Origin: an uncultured Planctomycetales bacterium
GTDB lineage: Bacteria; Omnitrophota; Gorgyraeia; Zapsychrales; JAHFFX01
Length of the DNA stretch: 64,000 nt
Direction: 5' to 3'
Assembly (NCBI GenBank): GCA_964612665.1
Contig: CAZTCI010000001.1
Location: 380,896 to 444,895, forward strand
Part shown: positions 8,700 to 17,475 of the stretch, piece after piece
Layout of the letters: each line of letters begins with the position of its first letter
Numbering within the stretch: position 1 is the stretch's first letter
Translations under genes and position numbers: made by a program
Notes under the pieces: model-generated
Database searches by the model: none
What the model was told of the DNA's origin: nothing
What the model saw: the letters and a program-made list of their open reading frames with translations, nothing else

Positions 8700-9040
8700 C
8701 TTTGATTGAAGATTAGGCTCTCCCCGATGATTCTATCGGGGTCCCGATTCCTCAAAATGATTTAGAAAGTCGGGAGAAGCTTTGTCTAGACCGCGCTGAT
8801 TTCAGCAGGGGCCCAGCCCTGAACCCAACGTGGTTCAGGGGTCCTGCCCTTTCGGACAGTTTACCTTTTTCAAAAATCGGTAATAGGTTTTCTCTCCTAT
8901 AACCGCATCAAATATAACATATTATTGCCACTCGGCAAGGTGGGATGAAGTAGTGCATGCGCGGCGTAAAGCGCCGGGGGCCTGGCCTCTAATTAAATCC
9001 GCGGGCCAGGCCCATCGCTTCGTCTACATATTTAGAGTAG
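8700..9040. other. GC-rich structured intergenic region (possible ncRNA), unclassified
   Basis: multiple GC stems in AT-rich context: ccccgatgattctatcgggg, ccctgaacccaacgtggttcaggg, gggcctggcc...ggccaggccc; weak similarity to RNase P P4/P15 strings (gaaagtcggga, gcggcgtaaagcgccg) but not convincing. Confidence 0.3.
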
Positions 9041-9044
9041 GGAT

Positions 9045-10391
9045 TTAATTCTTTTGAGACTTCATTTCCAAAATCAGCAAAACGAAGAAAATTAAAGCGG
9101 AGAAAATTGTAAAAAAGGCGCTCCACTCAGATGTTTTCAAAAACATCGTGACCATCGTGGTCAACAGGCCAAGGGTAATATAGGTAAAAGGTTTTGTTAG
9201 AGGATGTGTTTTGAAGCGCGGACTGAATTCCGTTTCCGGACGCAAAAAGAAAAAAAACAAAGGAACCATTAACAGATGATAATGCAGCCAGACCAGCCCG
9301 CTCGCCAGAAAAAGCGTCAAACAGCCAAAACCATAAATCAAGAAAGTTTCTTTAAGCGCCTTTTCTTCTCTCATCGACTGTTGAGAATGAGACGCTTTCG
9401 CATTGGACTTTTCTAAGGAAAACCAAACCCACACAAATAAACCGATCATAATAGCGTAAATCAACAAAGAAATATTGAAGCCCATCCAATCAGCTAAAAT
9501 TTTGGCTAGACTGTAATTCCCCGTATGAATGGTGAACGGACAAGAATTAATATTCAAACTGACAAACCACCTTTTCCAAATATCAAGCTGAACAGTTTTA
9601 AAATAAGCAGCCGCTTCAATGAATGCGCAAGCCCAGCTTACCAAAACACCCAGCGCAAACGCTCCCATCTTCCTTATATCTTTATTGAGAAGCATTCCTA
9701 AAAACGCAAATAACAAAATGAAGCACGTGTTAGGTTTTAATATGACTGAAAACCCCAAAGCTAATCCGGCACCGAAAATTTGGCTGAACTTTTCTCCCCT
9801 CGCTAAAAGAAAAATAAAGAGTGTAACTAAGAATAATTGAATTTGATTAATGTTGGCAACCCGCATATCGGAAAGATAAGGAAAATACCAGCTGACAAAA
9901 ACCGAAAAAAGAAGAAAAAGTGTAAGGTAAGGAAATCTTAGCATCCGTCCCAAAATAAAAAACGCCGCTGTAAAGGCGATCAGCAAAATGACAAGAAACT
10001 TATCTTTATCGGAGAGAAAGTTTCCACTGATCAAATGGCTTAAGGTTGCGTAAAAAAAAGGCGTTGCCGTCATAATGACCTGTCCATCGTACATCTTTAA
10101 GACCGTATCAAAGACAAAACTTTCTTCCTCCGAAGGTGGATTACGCACAAATTCTTTTTTAGTTTCCTCGGCGAGCTTTTTTCGGTCATTATCCACGTAA
10201 AGCGTCTTAATATATCCCCCTTCAACCCCATGCGGCACCAGCCACCAGGTATAAAGATCAATCGCATGCTGATTTTGACCATATTGGTAGGCGCCGAAAA
10301 AACTGTTTAGAAATAAAATGAAAGCTGGGATGAGGACTGGATGGTGAAATTTATTGGGAATGGATACTGGAGTTGATTTTGAAGTTTTCAT
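9045..10391 (-). CDS. polytopic integral membrane protein, possible GT-C/DUF2029-type glycosyltransferase
   Basis: 448 aa, >=10 predicted TM helices, no soluble catalytic motif recognised. Confidence 0.35.
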   Translation of the reverse strand: MKTSKSTPVSIPNKFHHPVLIPAFILFLNSFFGAYQYGQNQHAIDLYTWWLVPHGVEGGYIKTLYVDNDRKKLAEETKKEFVRNPPSEEESFVFDTVLKMYDGQVIMTATPFFYATLSHLISGNFLSDKDKFLVILLIAFTAAFFILGRMLRFPYLTLFLLFSVFVSWYFPYLSDMRVANINQIQLFLVTLFIFLLARGEKFSQIFGAGLALGFSVILKPNTCFILLFAFLGMLLNKDIRKMGAFALGVLVSWACAFIEAAAYFKTVQLDIWKRWFVSLNINSCPFTIHTGNYSLAKILADWMGFNISLLIYAIMIGLFVWVWFSLEKSNAKASHSQQSMREEKALKETFLIYGFGCLTLFLASGLVWLHYHLLMVPLFFFFLRPETEFSPRFKTHPLTKPFTYITLGLLTTMVTMFLKTSEWSAFFTIFSALIFFVLLILEMKSQKN

Positions 10392-10392
10392 G

Positions 10393-10980
10393 TTACGGAT
10401 CGTTTGTTGGATCCTGATTGTTTTTTAAAATATTCTCTAATTTATTGAATGATGCTTTTCCAAAACGAAGTGTTAGTTGTTTTAGTAATTTTATGTCAGT
10501 TTTCTGGGCGGAAATTTTTAAGGCATTTAACGCGTCTTGAATGTCTTTTGGACTTCCAGCAAAAATTTTCATAGCAATAAAATCTTCGACACCTATAATT
10601 TTAATTTCAACACCATTGAAAGAAGTTTTAATAGTTCGATTGAATACCTCTGTGTTTATTCCTTTTATTCCTGTCAAGAGATCAACCCGATTTTTAAATT
10701 GATCTTGAATATTTATAACGGAATCAATCGGATCTTCGAAATTGCCTCGACGGACAGTGGCGACAAACCCATCTTCCGTCAACAAATCCAATAACTCTGT
10801 TAATTTTCTTTCATGTTTCTCTATAGAAATAAGCGCATCAACATCCACACTTGCTCTTACGACTCCATAAAAAGAAGCCGCAAACGCGCCAATGATGGCG
10901 TAAGAAATTTCCAATTGATCTAATCTCTTAATGACTTTTAGTAAAAGCAATGAGGATTCGCCAGGACCTTTGATATTCAT
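10393..10980 (-). CDS. putative nucleotidyltransferase-fold protein (MNT/AbiEii-like), possible toxin-antitoxin component
   Basis: 195 aa; GAFAASFYGVVRASVDVDALI resembles the nucleotidyltransferase GS...D.D motif; 4-nt overlap with upstream small ORF. Confidence 0.35.
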   Translation of the reverse strand: MNIKGPGESSLLLLKVIKRLDQLEISYAIIGAFAASFYGVVRASVDVDALISIEKHERKLTELLDLLTEDGFVATVRRGNFEDPIDSVINIQDQFKNRVDLLTGIKGINTEVFNRTIKTSFNGVEIKIIGVEDFIAMKIFAGSPKDIQDALNALKISAQKTDIKLLKQLTLRFGKASFNKLENILKNNQDPTNDP

Positions 10981-11168
10981 CGTCGGTGGGATTTTCTTGT
11001 GGGCGTTTTCAAAACCTTCAGATCTTTACGATACCTTTTGCCGGCCTGCGCCACCTTGTGCATTAAACGTGAAAGATTTAAAAAGGCGACCAGCCGTTCT
11101 TCTGGAGTCATGGATTTATAAAGCTTAATTAAAGCTTCTTGATCTTTGAGGGCAACGTTAGATTTCAT
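10977..11168 (-). CDS. small hypothetical protein cotranscribed with nucleotidyltransferase
   Basis: 63 aa ORF, ATGA overlap with downstream gene; basic C-terminus. Confidence 0.3.
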   Translation of the reverse strand: MKSNVALKDQEALIKLYKSMTPEERLVAFLNLSRLMHKVAQAGKRYRKDLKVLKTPTRKSHRR

Positions 11169-11250
11169 GAGTAGAATATATCATAAAAAATGTCGACGAA
11201 AACAGTTTATGGCTACAATTGCCAAGCTGCTCATTCAGGTGTTGGGCAGG

Positions 11251-11907
11251 TTAAGGCTGCAACCGCTCAATCACCCAGCGGCCGGATTTTTTTGTATATT
11301 GAAAACGGTCGTTCAAGCGGTTTTGTCGTCCCTGCCAAAATTCAAATTCATCTGGAATCAGCCGGCAGCCGCCCCAAAATGGCGGGAGCGGGATTTCCTG
11401 GCCTTGAAATTTTTTGCGAAGCGCTTCTATTTTTTTCTCAAGGGCTTCGCGACTGGAGACCAATTGACTTTGTTCGGAAATGAAAGATACCAATTTCGAT
11501 TCTTCCGAACGAGTACGGAAATATTTTTCTGATTCATCGCGGGTCGTTTTTTCGACACGGCCGATGATCCGGATCTCCCGTTCTTGCTCGGGCCAAAAAA
11601 ATAAAAGCGCAGCTTGAGGATTGGCTTCTAAATCTTTAGCCTTAGGGCTCGAATAATTCGTATAAAAGATAAAACCTTTTTCGTTGAAACCTTTTAAAAG
11701 AACGACCCTCGACGAAGGTACACCTTTCAGTGACGCCGTTGACAAAGTCATGGCATTGGGTTTCGCAACCTTTGCGGCAACCGCTTCTTCAAGCCAGCGG
11801 CCGAACTGTTCAAACGGATTTGACGCGAGATCTTTTTTTTCAAGTTTTCCAAAATGATACTCATGCTTTAAATTCATCACTTTTTCTAAATCGCTATAGT
11901 CCTTCAC
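11251..11907 (-). CDS. pdxH: pyridoxamine/pyridoxine 5'-phosphate oxidase
   Basis: 218 aa; PdxH motifs LSTASLKGVPSSRVVLLKGFNEKGFIFYTNYSS... and C-terminal RLNDRFQYTK..W..ERLQP. Confidence 0.9.
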   Translation of the reverse strand: MKDYSDLEKVMNLKHEYHFGKLEKKDLASNPFEQFGRWLEEAVAAKVAKPNAMTLSTASLKGVPSSRVVLLKGFNEKGFIFYTNYSSPKAKDLEANPQAALLFFWPEQEREIRIIGRVEKTTRDESEKYFRTRSEESKLVSFISEQSQLVSSREALEKKIEALRKKFQGQEIPLPPFWGGCRLIPDEFEFWQGRQNRLNDRFQYTKKSGRWVIERLQP

Positions 11908-11975
11908 ATTATTCTCCGATATACCTATTCAACTGCGGTGGTTGAATGAATTCCCGCAGCTCAATCGGTGTTCGT

Positions 11976-12401
11976 CTAATTCTGGAGTTTTATCTCCATC
12001 GAAATCTTCGCGTTCAAAAGCCTTGAAATCGGACATCCCGCCTTGGCCGTGTTGGCGGCCTTCTCGAAAGCGGCCCGATCAGCGCCTGGTACTTTGGCTT
12101 GAACTTGTAGAAAACTTTCAGTCACAGTAAAACCTTGTTCTAATTTTTCCATCGTAATTGTTGCGGTCGTTTCAATTTTCTGAGGTTTCATCCCTGCTTT
12201 GCCAAGCTCGGCGGATAATGCCATCGAAAAACACCCGGCATGGGCGGCGGCAATTAATTCTTCTGGATTTGTGCCCACTCCATTTTCAAAACGTGTGACA
12301 AAAGAATATTGCGCGTTTGACAGCGTACCGCTCTCGGTTGAAATTATTCCTTTCCCTTCTTTTAAATCGCCGTTCCAGACGGCGGAGGCTTTTCGTTTCA
12401 T
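11976..12401 (-). CDS. osmC: OsmC-family peroxiredoxin-like protein (likely start MKRKASAVWNGD)
   Basis: near-full-length similarity to OsmC (WNGDLKEGKG..STESG...GTNPEELIAAAHAGCFSMALS...AKAGCPISRLL). Confidence 0.85.
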   Translation of the reverse strand: MKRKASAVWNGDLKEGKGIISTESGTLSNAQYSFVTRFENGVGTNPEELIAAAHAGCFSMALSAELGKAGMKPQKIETTATITMEKLEQGFTVTESFLQVQAKVPGADRAAFEKAANTAKAGCPISRLLNAKISMEIKLQN

Positions 12402-12462
12402 AATTTTTTCCTTTCTTTTAACCAGCACAACTGGGCAACTGATAACTGGCAAACTAAAAAAC

Positions 12463-13425
12463 TCATTTGTTCATCTGCGCCTGAGCACTTGCGTTGCATT
12501 TGGTCATTAATTCTGACGAGGCCTTCATGTATTCTTGATTGATTTCCATATGATCCTGGGTTGAAAGCCGCTGCAAATAACGCGCCGGCTGAGCTGGATT
12601 GGCAGGAGTTATATTGGGCGAATTTTTTTGTTCGGCTTCTCTAACAGAGGCTAGGTCTGCTTCCCAATCTTTACGATCTTGAGCCGAAAGATTTATTGAT
12701 TTCATTTTAGCTTCCATTTTATCGCCGAGTAATTTCCAGCGCAAGGCAGTGATTCCTTTCATACATTCCTGAAGACCGCTCATCGCCGCTTGACCAGCCA
12801 TCGCATGTTCACGATGGCGCTTTTTCATAGCCTGAAGCTCGGTGTTTTTCGACGGAGCATCATTGGTCCCACCATAACCCAGCTCGGTACGGTGGCCCAC
12901 GCCCATGTGGTCCGCGCCTTCACATTTGTTCATGATTTCCTGAGACTTTTTTGCATATTCAGTGTTAACTGCGTCCTGGTCATCCTCCGTCACATCCATC
13001 AAATACCGCTGCGAATCTTTTGGATTTGCCATTTTGATATTGTCCGTCTTATTGTTAACCGCTTCTTTGAAGGCCGCCAAGTCTTCTTCCAAATTCTTGC
13101 GTTGTTGATTGGTCAGTATTTCGGTCTGTAATTTTTTCCCTATGAGGTCTACATAAAGTTTGGAGCGGTAGCCTTTGAGCGGATCCATACACTGGTCCAT
13201 GACCTCCATATAATCCAAACACGTCGCTGTGTTCTGGCCTTTGCAGTGGCCCTGCCCTTGGAGCGCGTAAGGAGATTTTTGGGACGTGGTTGTCTGGTCC
13301 ATCCCCGCCGGCATATTTAATTTTTGAGTGGCGGCGCTGATTTTGTCGAGTAGTCCAGCGTTAACTTCATGTGACATTGAAAAAACAATTGTGCTGAGAA
13401 TGATAATTACAATTCCTTTTTTCAT
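12463..13425 (-). CDS. secreted LTXXQ-motif (CpxP/Spy/ZraP-like) periplasmic protein with internal duplication and His-rich segment
   Basis: 320 aa; signal peptide; two ~60-aa repeats (LTNQQRKNLEEDLAAFKE... / LSAQDRKDWEADLASVRE...); His-rich HMGVGHRTELGYGG...HREHAMAG. Confidence 0.5.
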   Translation of the reverse strand: MKKGIVIIILSTIVFSMSHEVNAGLLDKISAATQKLNMPAGMDQTTTSQKSPYALQGQGHCKGQNTATCLDYMEVMDQCMDPLKGYRSKLYVDLIGKKLQTEILTNQQRKNLEEDLAAFKEAVNNKTDNIKMANPKDSQRYLMDVTEDDQDAVNTEYAKKSQEIMNKCEGADHMGVGHRTELGYGGTNDAPSKNTELQAMKKRHREHAMAGQAAMSGLQECMKGITALRWKLLGDKMEAKMKSINLSAQDRKDWEADLASVREAEQKNSPNITPANPAQPARYLQRLSTQDHMEINQEYMKASSELMTKCNASAQAQMNK

Positions 13426-13439
13426 AGTTCTCCTTTACT

Positions 13440-13712
13440 TTAACTTTTAAATCGTTCACCGATAAAATTCACGCCGATGACCAACTTTACAACGAATACT
13501 AATAAAATTTTGTCTTCAATCATATACAGGACTCGGTAATCACCACAACGCATTCGGTATTTTTCTTCACCACATAACTTTATACAATCTGAGGGACGAG
13601 GATTTTCGGAAAGGGCTGATATTTTTTCCAGAATCTTTTTAATATCCGAGGATGGGAGTTTCTTAATTTCTTTCGCCGCTGACTTCTTGATTTCAATTTT
13701 ATATCTTTCCAT
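13440..13712 (-). CDS. RelE/ParE-family type II toxin
   Basis: 90 aa; ...LSENPRPSDCIKL..EKYRMRCGDYRVLYMIEDKILLVFVVKL typical RelE/ParE C-terminal half; overlaps upstream antitoxin by 14 nt. Confidence 0.8.
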   Translation of the reverse strand: MERYKIEIKKSAAKEIKKLPSSDIKKILEKISALSENPRPSDCIKLCGEEKYRMRCGDYRVLYMIEDKILLVFVVKLVIGVNFIGERFKS

Positions 13713-13932
13713 CTTTTTTTAATTCTTTGAGAAGTTGTTCATAGGAGATGGACGATTCCTTACGACGATCGGCAAAGGCTTGAAGATCCTGCTGATCTTC
13801 CAACAATTCATGGCGAATAGCTTCATTGACCAAATCAGAAACGGAGCGGGATGTTTCTGCTGCTTTCAATTTAAGAATTTTATGCAGATGGGGATCGAGA
13901 TAAACAGTGGCGCGTTTAATAGGTTTAATCAT
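13699..13932 (-). CDS. ribbon-helix-helix (CopG/ParD-like) antitoxin
   Basis: 77 aa; ATVYLDPHLHKILKLKAAETSRSVSDLVNEAIRHEL RHH fold signature; upstream of RelE toxin. Confidence 0.75.
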   Translation of the reverse strand: MIKPIKRATVYLDPHLHKILKLKAAETSRSVSDLVNEAIRHELLEDQQDLQAFADRRKESSISYEQLLKELKKDGKI

Positions 13933-14004
13933 GAGGAAACCTCCTTTTGCCCAAGAATAGCAGTACAGCGTTATGACGTCAAGACGTTATTCTTGAGGCA
14001 AACC

Positions 14005-14955
14005 TTATACTGAATCCTCTAAAATCGCTTCGCGCAACTTTAGGTAATCTTCAATGATCTTTTTGTGATCGAAGGTGTAATCTAAATTTAAAAGATCTTC
14101 ATAAGGAACTATTTTTAAACCTTTAGCATCGTCGCCCGCCCGGGGTTTTCCTTGACCCTGCGCGACGAAAACCGTGCCGATTGTGTGAAAGCGCGGATCG
14201 CGGTTCGGATCGGAGTAAGTATGAAATTGACGCAAGTTTAAAAGTTCCATGTTTGTTTCTTCTTGGGCTTCCCGACGGACTGCGGCTTCGAGTGTTTCAC
14301 CGTAATCTACAAACCCACCGGGCAATGCGAACCCGTAAGGTGGGTTGGAACGTTCGATGACAATGATTCCCTCAGGAAGTTCAATCACCACATCCACAGT
14401 GGAATAAGGACCGAACGCCAAGTCATTTAAAAAATGATTTACATAACCGTTCACCTGTTTGTCAAAGACTTGAAACGCTTCCTCATCGTAAAGACAGAAA
14501 CTAATTTCCTTTAAACTTGTCGGCCTACGCAAGATTTTAATCACTTCTTGTGTCATTATTTTGGCGGCCGCCGTTAGCGGAAAATGACCAACACCGCAGC
14601 CCAGCGCCGGAAAAGCGATTGATGTTAATTTTAATTCGTTAGCCACACACAATGCGCTTGCGCAGGACTGGCGAATTTTCCCTTCATCGGTTTTAAAATC
14701 CATCGCCATCGTAGCTGCGTGAATAATGTATTTAGATTTAAGCCGCCCGGCGCGGGTCCAAACCGATTCTCCGACGGCAATCGGGCCTTTCTTGACAGCT
14801 TCTTCCTCAATGTCTTGACCGCCTTTTTTACGAATGACGCCCGCAACGCCCCCACCCATGACCAGTTCGTTATTGGCGGCATTCACGATCGCATCGCAAC
14901 TTAATTCGGTGATATCACCTTTAACTATTTTTAATTCCGCATTTTTTATTTTCAT
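14005..14955 (-). CDS. macro domain (ADP-ribose binding/processing) fused to NUDIX hydrolase
   Basis: 316 aa; N-terminal macro signature (KGDITELSCDAIVNAANNELVMGGGVAGVI); C-terminal NUDIX box GGFVDYGETLEAAVRREAQEETN. Confidence 0.8.
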   Translation of the reverse strand: MKIKNAELKIVKGDITELSCDAIVNAANNELVMGGGVAGVIRKKGGQDIEEEAVKKGPIAVGESVWTRAGRLKSKYIIHAATMAMDFKTDEGKIRQSCASALCVANELKLTSIAFPALGCGVGHFPLTAAAKIMTQEVIKILRRPTSLKEISFCLYDEEAFQVFDKQVNGYVNHFLNDLAFGPYSTVDVVIELPEGIIVIERSNPPYGFALPGGFVDYGETLEAAVRREAQEETNMELLNLRQFHTYSDPNRDPRFHTIGTVFVAQGQGKPRAGDDAKGLKIVPYEDLLNLDYTFDHKKIIEDYLKLREAILEDSV

Positions 14956-14964
14956 GCCTATCTC

Positions 14965-16395
14965 CTAAACCTGAGCGGCGATTTTTTCGGCCAGTTTCAG
15001 GGCTTCTTTCTTCGTCGTCAATTTCCCCAGCGCTTGTTGTTCTTCGATCTCTCTTAAAATTTTGGCAAAGATCGGCGAAGGTTTTAACTTTAATACCTTA
15101 ATTAAATCATGCCCGTTGATCAAACGCACCAGCGGTTTTTGCCGTTTCTTTTCAAAATACTGCGAGACTAAACGCCTGACAATCGATTCGTGATGCTGCT
15201 GATCCTCTTCGCTCGTCAGCGGTCCGCGCGTCGAGCGCTGGTCCGCGAGCGACAATAAAAGAATGCTGGTTGCTTCCTCTTTAGTATCGCGGAAATATCG
15301 AAAGATCATCCGCTCGCTTGGATTTTTGAAATTCGATAAATAACCAGGGCGAAGATGCCATTGGACCATATCTTCAAGCATATGGCGTTCTTGGACTGAA
15401 AGTCTAAGCATCTTCGCAATCGCCCTTGAAATATTTTTTCCGACATGCTCGTGCCCGTGAAATGACATCCGGTCTTTTTCCTGTTTTTGAGTCGCTGGTT
15501 TACCGATATCATGCAATAGCGCGGCCAGTTTGATAATATCCTGACGCGTGTGCATTCCCGAAATTTTTTGTTGAAGGTATTCGTGGAGTTCCGGATCGCG
15601 GTTGGCTTCGTCTAAAACTTTTTCCAGCTCAGCGACGACCAAAAGCGAATGCGGCCAGACGTCCAGATGATGATAACCGCCTTGCTTGACGCCGTACATA
15701 ACTTGGATCTGCGGCATGACCTGTGCGAGCAATCCAATTTTGTCCATGTCTTGAAGCGTTTTCGCTGTACGCGGTGAGGCGAAGATCTTAAAAAACTCAT
15801 CGCGGATTCTTTCTGCCGAAACCGTATTAATCAACGTCTGGTCTTTCTTAATTTGATGCGCCGTCTTGGATTCAATCTTAAAATTCAGAATCGCTTTCAA
15901 ACTATACGCACGCAGCAAACGCAGCGGGTCTTCTTGAAATATTTTGGGAGTGGTCATTCGGATTTGTTTCGCCTTTAGATCTTTTTTTCCGTTTTTAAGA
16001 TCCTCAATCACTTTAACCAAATCCGTCGAGTCCTTAAGCCGGCTTACATCGGCACAAAATGTATTAATGGTAAAATCGCGGTGCGTTAAATCGGCTTTCA
16101 AACTTGGCGCGCGAAAATCCGCAAAATCAAAGATCAAAATCTGTCCGTTTTGTTTTTTGACAACCCGCGCGCAGCCGTTTTCTTTATCTAAAAGCACAAA
16201 GGCGCCTTTAATCTTGCGGCTAAAAAGACGGCCGAAAGAAATCGCGCCTCTCTCGACGGCAAAATCAAAATCAAGACACGGGCGGCTCAACAAATAATCC
16301 CGCAGAAAGCCGCCCACTAAATATATTTTCGTTTTCTTTCGTTTAGCCAGCGCTTGAATGGTTTTGATGTGAGGATATTCGGTAATGAAGGACAT
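14965..16395 (-). CDS. cca: CCA-adding tRNA nucleotidyltransferase with HD domain
   Basis: 476 aa; polymerase-beta head (LVGGFLRDYLLSRPCLDFDFAV) and HD motif (HHLDVWPHSL...LLHDIGKP). Confidence 0.85.
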   Translation of the reverse strand: MSFITEYPHIKTIQALAKRKKTKIYLVGGFLRDYLLSRPCLDFDFAVERGAISFGRLFSRKIKGAFVLLDKENGCARVVKKQNGQILIFDFADFRAPSLKADLTHRDFTINTFCADVSRLKDSTDLVKVIEDLKNGKKDLKAKQIRMTTPKIFQEDPLRLLRAYSLKAILNFKIESKTAHQIKKDQTLINTVSAERIRDEFFKIFASPRTAKTLQDMDKIGLLAQVMPQIQVMYGVKQGGYHHLDVWPHSLLVVAELEKVLDEANRDPELHEYLQQKISGMHTRQDIIKLAALLHDIGKPATQKQEKDRMSFHGHEHVGKNISRAIAKMLRLSVQERHMLEDMVQWHLRPGYLSNFKNPSERMIFRYFRDTKEEATSILLLSLADQRSTRGPLTSEEDQQHHESIVRRLVSQYFEKKRQKPLVRLINGHDLIKVLKLKPSPIFAKILREIEEQQALGKLTTKKEALKLAEKIAAQV

Positions 16396-16409
16396 AAAGG
16401 TCGGAATTT

Positions 16410-16634
16410 TTAGGCTTCTAAAAAGTCGCCGACTGAAATGCCAGCCTGTTTTAAGATCGCCCGCAATGTACCTTGCGGTATATCGCCTGGATGATTAGGA
16501 ATAGTTGTTCGTTTTCCAGTGGCAGGATTCCACCAGATTTCGTGACTGCCAGCGGCTTGCCGGTCAAATTCGAAACCTAATTGTCGTATTTTTTGAATTA
16601 CTTTACGATAATTGTAGCCTGCAAGTGTTCCCAT
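16410..16634 (-). CDS. hicA: HicA-family toxin
   Basis: 74 aa; GSHEIW....TTIPNHPGDIPQGTLRAILKQAGI matches HicA consensus. Confidence 0.85.
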   Translation of the reverse strand: MGTLAGYNYRKVIQKIRQLGFEFDRQAAGSHEIWWNPATGKRTTIPNHPGDIPQGTLRAILKQAGISVGDFLEA

Positions 16635-16879
16635 TAAGCAATTCCAACGGCGAGTGGCATATCAATCGACTTGATAATTTTATTTCTAATTTTGGCAGGG
16701 AGTTTACCTTCATGTTCACGATAAGATTCAATTAATTTGCGCGCAACATCGCGGGCAATTTCTAGAGTTTCATTAATTGTACGGCCTTGAGCAACTAAAC
16801 CAGGAAGTTCATTACTTGTCGCCAAATAATAACCTTCGGGAAGTTTCTCAAGATGTACAGAAAAAATTATTTCATTCAT
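16634..16879 (-). CDS. hicB: HicB-family antitoxin (start MNEIIF at 16879 with SD ggaggtg)
   Basis: YYLATSNELPGLVAQGRTINETLEIARDVARKLIESY = HicB/UPF0150 motif; 1-nt overlap with hicA. Confidence 0.8.
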   Translation of the reverse strand: MNEIIFSVHLEKLPEGYYLATSNELPGLVAQGRTINETLEIARDVARKLIESYREHEGKLPAKIRNKIIKSIDMPLAVGIA

Positions 16880-16911
16880 AGAATTCACCTCCAGATTAAG
16901 TATAGCATGAT

Positions 16912-16984
16912 GTCGTCGTTCGTGGTTCGTTGTTCGGGGCATTCGTACTTTAATTCCACGAACAAACGAAAAACGAACGACGAG
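16912..16984. repeat. intergenic hairpin with hexamer-repeat arms (gttcgt... / ...acgaac)
   Basis: gtcgtcgttcgtggttcgttgttcg ... cgaacaaacgaaaaacgaacgacgag; between BFN-domain gene stop and hicB start. Confidence 0.6.
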
Positions 16985-16985
16985 A

Positions 16986-17390
16986 TCATGTCTTAAAAAA
17001 CGCCGCCTTATTCAAAACTTCTTCTTCGACAAAAATCGCGGCGCCGGAGCGGACGGCCAGGGCAATCCCATCAGAAGGACGGGCGTCAACGAGTTTTGTC
17101 TGGCCGTCAGATGTTTTAATTTCCAGCTTCGCGTGAAAGGTATTGTCGACGAGTTTGTCAATGACGAGCCGTTCAAGTTTCGCGCCGAGGGCATCGATCG
17201 TGGTTACCAGCAAATCATGAGTCATCGGCCGCGGGACCTCAAGCCCAGAGAGTTTCATCTTAATACTTGAGGCTTCCAAAAAACCGATCACAATTGGAAA
17301 CTGGCGTTCGCCCTTCTTTTCTCGAAGGACAATGATTTGATCCTGGCGTTTTTCGTCGATTATAATTTTGCTGAGTTCGACTTGGATCAT
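16986..17390 (-). CDS. bifunctional nuclease (BFN/DUF151) domain protein
   Basis: 134 aa; RPMTHDLL...ARPSDGIALAVR...AIFVEEEVL conserved DUF151 residues. Confidence 0.7.
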   Translation of the reverse strand: MIQVELSKIIIDEKRQDQIIVLREKKGERQFPIVIGFLEASSIKMKLSGLEVPRPMTHDLLVTTIDALGAKLERLVIDKLVDNTFHAKLEIKTSDGQTKLVDARPSDGIALAVRSGAAIFVEEEVLNKAAFFKT

Positions 17391-17408
17391 TTATTCTCCT
17401 GATTATAG

Positions 17409-17475
17409 TTTTCCAGTTAACCAGTTTCCAGTTTACAAGTTTAGAAAATATCGAACTGGAGAACTGGCCAACTAA
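17409..17475. repeat. intergenic hairpin element with tandem ccagtt arms and complementary aactgg arms
   Basis: ttttccagttaaccagtttccagtttacaagtt...cgaactggagaactggccaactaa between BFN gene and nrdR. Confidence 0.7.

Noticed and set aside
8700-9040. RNase P RNA or tmRNA assignment for the 340-nt GC-rich region
   Set aside because: Only loose string matches (gaaagtcggga, gcggcgtaaagcgccg) and the right approximate spacing. The universal P4 sequences and the ACAGAACC/tRNA-like 3' end are not identifiable. It is left as an unclassified structured region pending a covariance-model scan.
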